64,000 nt of DNA, taken from the NCBI GenBank assembly GCA_900551155.1, contig URVA01000001.1, forward strand, positions 7,598-71,597, read 5' to 3'. Both the position numbers and the translations under genes were made by a program. Shown in pieces: positions 32,051 through 41,158 of the stretch; position 1 is the stretch's first letter; every line of letters starts with the position of its first letter. The notes beneath the pieces were generated by a model. The model searched no databases, was not told the DNA's origin, and saw only the letters and a program-made list of their open reading frames with translations. This DNA comes from an uncultured Eggerthella sp. (lineage in GTDB: Bacteria; Actinomycetota; Coriobacteriia; Coriobacteriales; Eggerthellaceae).

Positions 32051-33277
32051 ATGGCATTTGGCTTAACTAAAAAGGAATTCAGTTGGGTTTTATATGATGT
32101 CGGAAATTCAGCGTTTGTCATGTTATCTACAGCGCTTATTCCTGTATATTTTGCCTCGATTGCTGAAGAAGGATCTTCTGTCGTTGTTGCTTGGGGTTAT
32201 GCCGAAACAGTGGCCTCGCTCATCCTTGCGCTTTTGATGCCGCTTTTAGGAAGCCTGGCAGATCTTGCAGGTAACAAGAAAAAGTTTCTCATCGGATTTG
32301 CGGGAACAGGCGCCGTTGCCTGCGCTGCGTTAGGTGTGCCTCAACATGCCTTGGCTTTTTTGGTGGTGTATGTCGTTTCTTCGGTAATGCTTAATGGGTC
32401 AATGGTTTTCTACGATGCATTCTTGATCGATGCCACTACTGAAGATCGCTACGACAAGGTTTCTTCTCATGGTTATGCCTGGGGCTACATCGGCTCATGC
32501 ATTCCCTTTATTGCTTGTCTGGCAGTAGTGCTTGGTGGACCATCTTTTGGCATGGATATGGCAACGGGCATGAAAGTGGCCTTTGTTATTACTGCACTGT
32601 GGTGGGTAGCGTTTACTATTCCTATCGCTAAAAATGTAAAGCAGACTCATTTTCGCGAGCATACTAGTCATGTTTTTCAAACGACGTTTGCCAGCTTGAA
32701 AAACACCATGAAAAACATTGCGCACGATAAGCGCTTGCTATTCTTTCTTATTGCGTTTTTCTTTTATATTGACGGCGTGCACACCGTTATCAAAATGTCT
32801 ACCAGCTACGGAACTGAACTAGGCATAGATTCTACGCAGCTGGTTTTGGCGCTTTTAGTAACCCAGTTTGTTGCGTTTCCTTTTGCAATTGCGTATGGCA
32901 ATTTGGCAAAACGTTTCGGAACGCGTCATATGCTGATGGTTGGCGTTTTGGCTTATTTCTGTATTGTGATGTTTGCTGCATTCTTCCTAAAATCGGCACT
33001 TGAATTCTGGATTTTGGCAATTTGCGTCGGTCTTTTCCAGGGTGGCATTCAAGCGCTTTCTCGTTCGGAATACGGCAAGCTTATTCCCAAAGATAAAGCG
33101 AACGAGTATTACGGATTTTTTGACATTTTCGGCAAGTATGCAGCCGTTATGGGAACGTTTTTAGTCAGTATTTTTACCCAAATAACAGGCAACCCCTCAT
33201 TCGGGGTTCTTTCCATTGCGGTTTTGTTTGTTGTGGGCTTCTTCTTTTTGCGTGCTATGCCAAAACCGAAGGCATAG
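32051..33277 (+). CDS. MFS transporter (UMF1/Atg22-like family)
   Basis: WVLYDVGNSAF, FYDAFL, GYAWGYIG, QGGIQALSRS; about 12 TM helices. Confidence 0.88.
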   Translation: MAFGLTKKEFSWVLYDVGNSAFVMLSTALIPVYFASIAEEGSSVVVAWGYAETVASLILALLMPLLGSLADLAGNKKKFLIGFAGTGAVACAALGVPQHALAFLVVYVVSSVMLNGSMVFYDAFLIDATTEDRYDKVSSHGYAWGYIGSCIPFIACLAVVLGGPSFGMDMATGMKVAFVITALWWVAFTIPIAKNVKQTHFREHTSHVFQTTFASLKNTMKNIAHDKRLLFFLIAFFFYIDGVHTVIKMSTSYGTELGIDSTQLVLALLVTQFVAFPFAIAYGNLAKRFGTRHMLMVGVLAYFCIVMFAAFFLKSALEFWILAICVGLFQGGIQALSRSEYGKLIPKDKANEYYGFFDIFGKYAAVMGTFLVSIFTQITGNPSFGVLSIAVLFVVGFFFLRAMPKPKA

Positions 33278-33294
33278 CGAAAGTGAAGGCGTAA

Positions 33295-33375
33295 AAAACC
33301 GAATCGAAACAGCGCGCGATTGTTTGCACTGTACGATTCGGTTTTGATTGTTTGCACTGTACGATTCGGATTTTT
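33295..33375. terminator. Bidirectional terminator with duplicated 3' arm
   Basis: AAAACCGAATCG/CGATTCGGTTTT inverted repeat; 24-mer GATTGTTTGCACTGTACGATTCGG at 33318 and 33346. Confidence 0.7.
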
Positions 33376-33384
33376 GTTTAATTG

Positions 33385-34257
33385 CTATTTTTGCAGCAAA
33401 TCAGCAATGCGGCCAATCAAAAGTTCAAAGCTTACGCCGCGATCCTTGAAGTTTGGCTGTTTGCTGGAAACAATCATGGCATCGTGGGTTAACTCACCCG
33501 CGAATTCGACTGCTTCTTGAAGGGTGCGGCCAGCCATAATAGCTGCCAACAGGCAAGAGCAGTACAAGTCGCCGGTGCCATGGAGCATGTAGGGCAGATA
33601 TTCGTTTGATGCTTCGAAGAAATCAATATCAATACCAGCAGCAAAGTTGCGAATCAAACCATCATCACGCTGAATACCTTTGAGCACTACATTCTTTGCG
33701 CCCTTAGCAATAAGAGCATCAATAATACGCTTAGCTTCGTCGTCGCTAATGTTGGTGCCCTTCCATTCTTCACCAAGGATAATGGCGGCCTCAGTCAAAT
33801 TAGGAGTCAAAATGTCAGCATCGCAAGCAAGTTCTGCCATAGCTGCGCATAATTCTGGAGTATATGTGGGGTATACCTTGCCGTGGTCAGCCATTACGGG
33901 ATCAACTACGCGTAGAGCTTTTGGATAGCGCTCATAGAGGCTGCGAATAATATCTACCTGTTCGGGAGCGCCCAAAAAGCCAGAATACACTGCGTCAATT
34001 TCGACACCAATATTTTGCCATGCAGCTAAATAGTCGGACAAAATATCGGTAGTGTCATGCATATACCAGCCAGGAAAAGCGGTGTGGGACGAAAACAATC
34101 CCGTAGGAACGGGGCACACATCGCATCCGCCTGCAGATACTACTGGAATAGCGATTCCCAATGAGCATTTGCCATATCCGCACAAATCGTGCACTGCAGC
34201 TACTCGGGGGATGTAGTCGGGATTAGCTTTCCGATCATACAAAACGGTTTGCGTCAT
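33385..34257 (-). CDS. pdxK: Pyridoxal/pyridoxamine kinase
   Basis: SSHT, YSGFLG, VVDPVMAD, LTPNLTEA, HGTGD ribokinase-family motifs. Confidence 0.9.
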   Translation of the reverse strand: MTQTVLYDRKANPDYIPRVAAVHDLCGYGKCSLGIAIPVVSAGGCDVCPVPTGLFSSHTAFPGWYMHDTTDILSDYLAAWQNIGVEIDAVYSGFLGAPEQVDIIRSLYERYPKALRVVDPVMADHGKVYPTYTPELCAAMAELACDADILTPNLTEAAIILGEEWKGTNISDDEAKRIIDALIAKGAKNVVLKGIQRDDGLIRNFAAGIDIDFFEASNEYLPYMLHGTGDLYCSCLLAAIMAGRTLQEAVEFAGELTHDAMIVSSKQPNFKDRGVSFELLIGRIADLLQK

Positions 34258-34445
34258 TTTGTTTCTTCTTCCTCTTCAAATTTCCAACCGTCATCTTCTA
34301 CGTTACCGCGATCTTTAAAGGTTTTGCGGGTTCTTCGTTCTAAAATTGCAGCAATAAGGGTTGATGCAACTAGAAACACAAGAATCAAACATCCAATGCC
34401 TTGCATGGTTTCAAACAGGAAATGATATAACGCTGCGAAATCCAT
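34254..34445 (-). CDS. Small single-pass membrane protein
   Basis: One TM helix and charged tail; 4-bp overlap with the pdxK start. Confidence 0.7.
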   Translation of the reverse strand: MDFAALYHFLFETMQGIGCLILVFLVASTLIAAILERRTRKTFKDRGNVEDDGWKFEEEEETK

Positions 34446-34603
34446 GATTTTCAGTGATCCTTCCTGAATTTCTTTCACATTTTTCTGTTCATTGCGCTAA
34501 CCCTCCGAGTGATACCGCAGAAGATTAGCGATTAAGAGTATACTAACGCTACTGATTATCTTTATAAATTAACCAAGTAGAAAACTACGTCGAAAGGACA
34601 GTC

Positions 34604-35887
34604 ATGCTAGACATCCGGTTCGTCCGCGAACACCTTGATGAAGTTGCCACTGCAATGGAAAATCGCAACCATTCATGGGACTCTGAATATTTCAAAGAGT
34701 TGGACGAATCAAGACGTTCATTAATTGGTCAAGAAGAAGAACTACTCAATCAGCGCAACGTGCTTTCTAAGTCCATTGGAAAGTTGATGGGCGAAGGCAA
34801 GAAGGACGAAGCCGAGGCTACCAAGGCTCAGGTTTCTGAATTAAAGGATCGTATTGCTGATTTAAGCGCAAAGCGTGCTGAAGCTGAAGAAAAGCTTAAC
34901 GATTTGTTAATGGGCACGCCTAACATGCCTGCTGATACAACGCCAGTAGGCAAGGATGAAAACGACAACCCTGAGGTTCGTCGCTGGGGAACCCCACGTG
35001 ATTTTGAAGCTGAAGGCATCGAAATGAAACCTCACTGGGATTTGGGTGCAGATTTGGGCATTATCGATGCTGAGCGCGCAGTAAAGCTTGCGGGTAGCCG
35101 TTTTGTTTTGCTGGGTGGCCTTGGTGCTCGCTTGGAGCGCGCATTGATTAACTTTATGGCAGATACTCATATTTCTCGTGGCTATAAAGAGTGGTGGTGC
35201 CCTGCAATGGCAAATGCCACTACACTTACGGGCACTGGTCAACTTCCTAAGTTTGAAGACGACCTGTTCAAGACGCGCGAAGGAATGTATCTCATTCCTA
35301 CCGCTGAAGTTCAGCTGACCAACATTCATTCTGGCGAAGTTTTGGATGCTGCTAATCTGCCTTTGAAGTACTGTGCATTCACCCCTTGCTTCCGCGAAGA
35401 AGCAGGTTCTGCTGGTCGCGATACGCGCGGCCTTATTCGCGTGCATCAGTTCGATAAGGTTGAAATGGTGAAATACGCAAAGCCAGAAGAAAGCTACGAT
35501 GATCTGGAAGCTATGGTGGCAGATGCGGAAAACATCCTGCAGCTGCTTGGCTTGCCTTATCGCGTTATTTCTTTATGCACAGGCGATATCGGATTCTCTG
35601 CAGCAAAGACCTATGACTTGGAAGTTTGGTTGCCTTCCTATAATGCTTACAAGGAAATTTCTTCTTGCTCTAACTGCGTGGATTTCCAGGCACGTCGTGC
35701 AAACATTAAGTATCGCGATCCTGAAAACTTCAAGGGATCTCGCCTTGTACATACCTTGAATGGTTCTGGTTTGGCAGTTGGCCGTACTATGGCTGCTGTT
35801 TTGGAAAACTATCAGCAGGCTGACGGATCGGTTAAAGTTCCTGATGTTTTGGTTCCCTATATGGGTGGCGTTGAGGTCATTCGCTAA
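34604..35887 (+). CDS. serS: Serine--tRNA ligase
   Basis: MLDI start, coiled-coil arm, [30 protein letters not shown]. Confidence 0.98.
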   Translation: MLDIRFVREHLDEVATAMENRNHSWDSEYFKELDESRRSLIGQEEELLNQRNVLSKSIGKLMGEGKKDEAEATKAQVSELKDRIADLSAKRAEAEEKLNDLLMGTPNMPADTTPVGKDENDNPEVRRWGTPRDFEAEGIEMKPHWDLGADLGIIDAERAVKLAGSRFVLLGGLGARLERALINFMADTHISRGYKEWWCPAMANATTLTGTGQLPKFEDDLFKTREGMYLIPTAEVQLTNIHSGEVLDAANLPLKYCAFTPCFREEAGSAGRDTRGLIRVHQFDKVEMVKYAKPEESYDDLEAMVADAENILQLLGLPYRVISLCTGDIGFSAAKTYDLEVWLPSYNAYKEISSCSNCVDFQARRANIKYRDPENFKGSRLVHTLNGSGLAVGRTMAAVLENYQQADGSVKVPDVLVPYMGGVEVIR

Positions 35888-35943
35888 AGCAAAGCGAATC
35901 AAGCTAGGCTAGCAGACGCGGTTTAAGGATTTTATTCACGTAC

Positions 35944-36786
35944 ATGGTGGCGAAAAAGAACAATAACCTTTCTTCAGATGGGCGCTCTCGAAAAAAGCGC
36001 CCATCTGTTGCTGGGAAAAAAGTTGCTCAGGGATCTCGCATTAGCACTACTGCGTCTTCTAAAACGGGAACTCCTCGACTTGATCGCAGTTCCTTCAAGA
36101 AAAGCAAGAAAACCCAGCTGAATGATTCGGGATCTTTTGCAGAAGTAAGTACTCAAGAGGTTTTGCAAGAGGTTTCCAAGAGCAGCTCCAAAGATTTTAA
36201 TGGTGCGTTCGGCGGCGCAAGCGGCTCGGGTAGCGTAAGTAGTGCAAGTGGTGCGGCAAGCATGAGCGGCGTTGATAATGCGGATGGCGTTGCTGATGCG
36301 AGCGCTGTGGGCAGCGCAAGTGGCGTGGAAGGCGCGGGCAGCGCAAGTGGTGTAAGTGATGCGGCAAGTGCGAGTGGCGCAAGCGCCGCAGGTAAGTTGA
36401 AAGCCCGTAAGCCGCTAAAGCGTAAAGGTATTTCTCGGCGTTTTCTTATTGGATCTCTCGTAGTAATCCTTTTGTTGGTAATTGGTACAGGGCTTTTAGC
36501 GTGGAATCAATGGTTCCGCTACGACGATGCCGCCGACATTCAAGGCACGTGGGTTATAGATGGGTCAAGTCAAAGTATCACGATCAATGAAACCGATATT
36601 GTGATGACTGACGATGTTTCGTATCCCTATACGCTTGATACATTCCAGAAGACCATTTCATTTTCTTTCAAGCAATACAGCGGATCGGGCTCTTACGCAT
36701 TTTCTCCTGAGCGAACCACTCTGGTAATTACCGAAACCGACGCGGATACAGGCGAAAAAGTATCAACTAAATTGGTGAAGCAATGA
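35944..36786 (+). CDS. Bitopic membrane protein: basic, Ser/Gly/Ala-rich disordered N-terminus and small extracytoplasmic beta domain
   Basis: K/S-rich N-terminus, GSASG repeats, one TM helix, IQGTW-type C-terminal domain. Confidence 0.7.
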   Translation: MVAKKNNNLSSDGRSRKKRPSVAGKKVAQGSRISTTASSKTGTPRLDRSSFKKSKKTQLNDSGSFAEVSTQEVLQEVSKSSSKDFNGAFGGASGSGSVSSASGAASMSGVDNADGVADASAVGSASGVEGAGSASGVSDAASASGASAAGKLKARKPLKRKGISRRFLIGSLVVILLLVIGTGLLAWNQWFRYDDAADIQGTWVIDGSSQSITINETDIVMTDDVSYPYTLDTFQKTISFSFKQYSGSGSYAFSPERTTLVITETDADTGEKVSTKLVKQ

Positions 36787-37238
36787 CGCTTGGTAATGCG
36801 CAAGCGACAGATAAGCTTCCGCTAACAGTGGAGCGGATTCGTGTTCGTCCTGACAGAATAGAAACGCTTATTCGTGTGAGCGATGAGCGCTTTGCGAACA
36901 CCGACGAGCATCTAATTGCATACGTATTGAAAAATTGCCCTACCGTAGGTTTCCATGCGTGTCGCAACCATAAAGGTCGATTATTTTCAGACGTAATGAA
37001 CAATACTTCGACGCCACATCTTTTAGAGCATATGGTGGTGGATGGTCAGACACGCCAAAGTAAAGATGAGTCCCGTGTATTTACGGGAACAACGCAATGG
37101 ACGCAAGAAGATGGTCTATTGGCAAAGGTGGTTTTCTCGTATGAAGACGATCTAGTGGCGCTTGAAGTGCTTAAAGAATGCGTAAAAGTACTAAATAATA
37201 TTCTTCTGGTACAAAGAACCATCACTGCCAACCACTAA
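36783..37238 (+). CDS. Standalone cyanophycin-synthetase N-domain-like protein
   Basis: HAC-x18-HLLEH followed by GxT; 4-bp ATGA overlap with upstream gene. Confidence 0.7.
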   Translation: MTLGNAQATDKLPLTVERIRVRPDRIETLIRVSDERFANTDEHLIAYVLKNCPTVGFHACRNHKGRLFSDVMNNTSTPHLLEHMVVDGQTRQSKDESRVFTGTTQWTQEDGLLAKVVFSYEDDLVALEVLKECVKVLNNILLVQRTITANH

Positions 37239-37323
37239 TCTGACCATTACAAATGATTTGCGATAACCGATTCGCTTACTAGTGTACAAACAATATGAAA
37301 GGCGACGCAGAAAGGCAGCACCT

Positions 37324-38349
37324 ATGAAAGTAGCAATTCTTGCCGATAATACTACGATGCAATCTGAAGCAAGCTTGCTTGCTCAAGCTTTGCAAAACGC
37401 GGAGCATCAGGTAGAGCTCCTTGATGTAGATAAGCAGGTAGTTGCCCAGCTTCAGGCAAAACGACCTGAGATATGTTGCATCGCTTCAGGTACCAAAGGC
37501 TCTGAGGGTGCTTTGCAGGAATTGCTAGAGCTGTTGCAAATTCCTTATCTTGGTTCTCAGTCCGAAGCGTGTCGATTAAGTTCTGATGCTCAACTAAGCA
37601 TGTTTGCTATGCGCCGTTATGCGGAAGCGTCAGAAGAAGACGTTATCGCTGAGCCTTTAGTAAACTTTTCTCTTTCGTCCGATTTGCTTACGACGAATGC
37701 CGAAGCGCTTGCCGATATGTGTGAGGCGCGAATTCCTGGTGGTTATCCTATAGAAATTAAGCCTCTGCGATCAGCGGGTTTTTCGCAGCGTGAAGGTGAA
37801 TTATCTGAACGAGCTTCCCAGGATGATTCAGATTCAGGTGTTCCTCAAGTTGCGTTTGCTGGTCCAGGAAATTCAACATCTCTTTTGGTAAACAACAAAG
37901 AAGAATTGCTTGCGGCATTTAAAACGTATGAATCAGTTGGCTGCACGGTATACCAGTGGATCGAAGGACTACGCCTTTCGGTAGCGGTTTTAGGAACGGG
38001 TTGGGATGCTCATGTATTACCTCCCGTTGAAGAGGTTATTGCTCCGAAAGATTCGGCGGAGGGCGCTTCGGCAGAATTAATCGCGCCTGTTCGCCTTGAA
38101 TCTCTTTCAAGTGATGAAAGTATTGCGCAAGCTATTCGCTCCGAAATCGAACGTACAGCTTTTGAGGCATGTCTTTCTTTAGGAATGCGTGATTTCGCGC
38201 TAGTTCGAGTAATTTGGGATGGCGCTCAAGTTCGTTTTGTTGGAATAGAAGCGCTTCCTAGTATGGCAGCAAATTCGGCGTTTTCTAAAGCGTGCGAAGC
38301 GGCTGGTCTTTCGGTTGCAGGTGTGTTAAATCATTTGGTTTCGCTGTAG
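37324..38349 (+). CDS. D-Ala-D-Ala ligase-like ATP-grasp protein with degenerate active site
   Basis: MKVAIL, GALQELLELLQIPYLGS, YPxxIKP, IEG..LSVAVL recognisable; most catalytic motifs altered. Confidence 0.7.
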   Translation: MKVAILADNTTMQSEASLLAQALQNAEHQVELLDVDKQVVAQLQAKRPEICCIASGTKGSEGALQELLELLQIPYLGSQSEACRLSSDAQLSMFAMRRYAEASEEDVIAEPLVNFSLSSDLLTTNAEALADMCEARIPGGYPIEIKPLRSAGFSQREGELSERASQDDSDSGVPQVAFAGPGNSTSLLVNNKEELLAAFKTYESVGCTVYQWIEGLRLSVAVLGTGWDAHVLPPVEEVIAPKDSAEGASAELIAPVRLESLSSDESIAQAIRSEIERTAFEACLSLGMRDFALVRVIWDGAQVRFVGIEALPSMAANSAFSKACEAAGLSVAGVLNHLVSL

Positions 38350-38470
38350 GCGTTTCGTATCGGATTGGAAACAAGTCATAGTCGCCTGTATTTCTCAAGA
38401 TAAGCAGTGAAACATGCACGTATAATAAGACCATTAGATATCGAAAATTGATGTCGGAAGGGTGTTCGAG

Positions 38471-39106
38471 ATGGGTAAATTTGTTCCGTTTGTCATCGGC
38501 GGCATTATTGGCGCTGCTGCTGGTCTTCTGCTTTCTCCACGTACTGGCGCTGAAAATCGCGCTAAGTTGTCTGAGGCGCTCAACGAAAATGTAAAGATCG
38601 AAGTACCTGCCAATGTTCAGGAAAAGGCTGGCCAGTTTGTTGATGCGGCTGCTTCTACTTCTCAGAAGGTTATCAATACCGTAGTAGATAACGGTTCTGA
38701 TGCATACAAGAATGTTGTTTCTCGTGTAAACCAGAATCCAACCGTTCAAGCATTTAGCGACAATGGTGATGAGCTTCGTCAGAAGATCGATGCTGCTCGT
38801 GAACGCATTGCAACTCAGGTAGCAAAGAACGCTGAAGCTGCTCGTGATGCAGCAGTAGATAAGATTCCTGTAGCAATTGATGCAGCTCAGGGTGCAGCTC
38901 AAAATGCTAAGGTTGCTGCTCAAAGCGCTGCTCAGGCAGTATCGGGAGCTGCTCAGAATGCTGGTCAGGTTGTTGCAGGTGCTGCACAAAACGCTGGTCA
39001 GGCAGTTGCTGGCGCTGCTGCAACCGCTAAGGATGCGGTAGCAGGCGCAGCTTCTACGGTTACTGCAAAAATTAACCCTTCTGATGATGAAAAGGATGCC
39101 GAATAA
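38471..39106 (+). CDS. YtxH domain protein with 11-aa Ala/Gln repeats
   Basis: GGIIGAAAGLLLSPRTGAENR signature; repeated AAQNAGQxVAG. Confidence 0.85.
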   Translation: MGKFVPFVIGGIIGAAAGLLLSPRTGAENRAKLSEALNENVKIEVPANVQEKAGQFVDAAASTSQKVINTVVDNGSDAYKNVVSRVNQNPTVQAFSDNGDELRQKIDAARERIATQVAKNAEAARDAAVDKIPVAIDAAQGAAQNAKVAAQSAAQAVSGAAQNAGQVVAGAAQNAGQAVAGAAATAKDAVAGAASTVTAKINPSDDEKDAE

Positions 39107-39408
39107 CAATCGGCAAACCATTGGCGCAAAGGCGCGTAAAAGTTCAAAGATCGCTAATGGACGCTTATGAACTTTTCATAAGCAAGTGTTCGGCAGATAC
39201 TTGATGAGCAGGGTGCTCGGCGAATCTTTAGCAAACAGCGTATCTAAGAACTTTCATGAGTTTTTGAGCGCCAAATAACTTAAAAGCAACAAATCGAACA
39301 CATTTGTCGGTCATACTTTGTGGATGTGATTGAATAAATGTAAGTTCGGCTCGTAAAGATGGCGGCTTAACGGTCGCCATCTGCCGTAATGGGACAGGAT
39401 AGAGATAT

Positions 39409-40212
39409 ATGAAAAAGAGCGAATACCTTATAAGCGAATTGCGAGGCATGCCAGTTTATACCACTGGTAAAAAACTCAAGCGCATAGGTAAAGTGCACTC
39501 TTTTATCTTTCATCCTCATAAGCGTCGTGTTGTTGGTTTTACGGTAAAGCGCCCCGATATTGCACTGATGATGCACAGGCCCGATTTGTTTGTTTCAATC
39601 GATGGGTTTGATGTTGAAGAGGGCAATATTGTTATCACCGAGGAAAAGGGAACCACGGGATCTGCTGCTTGTAAGCGTTTGGGTGTCGATTGGAACGAAT
39701 GCGTTATTTGGCAGGGCCTTCCTTTGATGACCGAAGACGAAAAGCGCTGCGGCTTAGTAGGTAATGTGCGATTCAGCACAGAAGATGGAACAGTTAAGTC
39801 CCTTTTTATAGACAAAGGCACTTCGGCAGGGGCGCTACTGGGTGTTACTGAAATTCCTGCAACACTCATTAAAGGTTTCAAGCTCGGTGTAGGCGATCAG
39901 CTTACTGCAGCTAATGAAGAAGATTTTCTGCATGGCGCCATTATTTTGTCCAATGAAGCGTTGGCTATTCAAGCACAAGGCGGTTTGGCCGAACGTGCAG
40001 GTAAGGCAAGTGCGGTGGTTAGCCATAAGGCATCGCAGGCTTTTGAAAAAGCCAAGCCTATTGCATCAGATGTGGCGCAGAAAACAGGCGATGCAGTAAA
40101 TAAGGGAGCTTTTGCGGTAGGGCAACAGCTTTCTAAAACAAAAGGTATGTTTTCTGCTTTTAAAGAAGAATATAAACGTGCTCGCTACGGTGAAGATAAC
40201 GAGGAAAAATGA
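39409..40212 (+). CDS. PRC-barrel domain protein
   Basis: SELRGMPVYT..KRIGKV and second GLPLMTED..GxV repeat. Confidence 0.8.
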   Translation: MKKSEYLISELRGMPVYTTGKKLKRIGKVHSFIFHPHKRRVVGFTVKRPDIALMMHRPDLFVSIDGFDVEEGNIVITEEKGTTGSAACKRLGVDWNECVIWQGLPLMTEDEKRCGLVGNVRFSTEDGTVKSLFIDKGTSAGALLGVTEIPATLIKGFKLGVGDQLTAANEEDFLHGAIILSNEALAIQAQGGLAERAGKASAVVSHKASQAFEKAKPIASDVAQKTGDAVNKGAFAVGQQLSKTKGMFSAFKEEYKRARYGEDNEEK

Positions 40213-40997
40213 GCGATAACCAAAACGAAAATTTAGAAACCAAAGAAGAAAGCTTCGTTTCGATTTTTGGGCACAAGGTAAAAACTGCCGATATCTTTAA
40301 GCTGTTAGGTCTGCTTGCTTTTATTGGTATCACGGGAGGCATTGTTGTTGCTCTGTGGCCAAGCTTGTCTCAAATTTTCGAGCCCAACGGAACAGAGCGC
40401 GTAATTGCAAGCATTCAAAGCCAAGGCGTATTTGGCGTGTTGATGTTGCTTGGTTTGCAGTTTATCCAGGTGGTTGTGGCGTTTATCCCTGGCGAAGTTG
40501 TTCAGGTTGCAGCGGGCATGCTGTATGGGCCATGGCTTGGCGCGCTGATTATTTTGATTGGCTGCGTTATTTCAAGTGCTGTAATTTATCAGCTTGTTCA
40601 TAAGTTGGGTGCACCGTTTGTTCACGACATGGTTAGCAAAGAACATCTAGAAAAGTTCTATACCTTCCAAAAATCGGGCAAACTGAACATCGTTGTATTT
40701 ATTTTGTTCCTCATTCCTGCAATGCCTAAAGATGTATTTACCTATTTGGTTCCACTTACGGATATGCGCATGAGGACATTTTTGATTCTTGCCACTATTG
40801 GCCGCATTCCTGGTGTGATGGTGTCCACTTATGCGGCAGCAGGTTTAGCAGAAGGGCAGATTACCACTAGCCTGATTATTTTTGGTGTGGCAGCTGCTAT
40901 TGCGCTGCTGTGTTTGATTTTCCGCAACCGAATTATGCGTGTAGTAGGTACCGTTAAGGCTTTTCATGAGCGCGATAAGGAACACGAAGACCAATAG
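40209..40997 (+). CDS. TVP38/TMEM64 (VTT/DedA superfamily) membrane protein
   Basis: QVVVAFIPGE, AGMLYG, FLIPAMPKD, GRIPG. Confidence 0.88.
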   Translation: MSDNQNENLETKEESFVSIFGHKVKTADIFKLLGLLAFIGITGGIVVALWPSLSQIFEPNGTERVIASIQSQGVFGVLMLLGLQFIQVVVAFIPGEVVQVAAGMLYGPWLGALIILIGCVISSAVIYQLVHKLGAPFVHDMVSKEHLEKFYTFQKSGKLNIVVFILFLIPAMPKDVFTYLVPLTDMRMRTFLILATIGRIPGVMVSTYAAAGLAEGQITTSLIIFGVAAAIALLCLIFRNRIMRVVGTVKAFHERDKEHEDQ

Positions 40998-41158
40998 CTC
41001 ATTAAAAAGCTCATTACGACAACCTAAACGAAATACAACAGGCATCTTACGCGTTAAGTGCTGCGTTACGGAAGCATAACGAAACGTCGAGTTAAGTTTG
41101 CTAAAAGGTATTCTTACTATGTCGAAATCATCAACATATTAAAGTGAGGCGTTGAATT

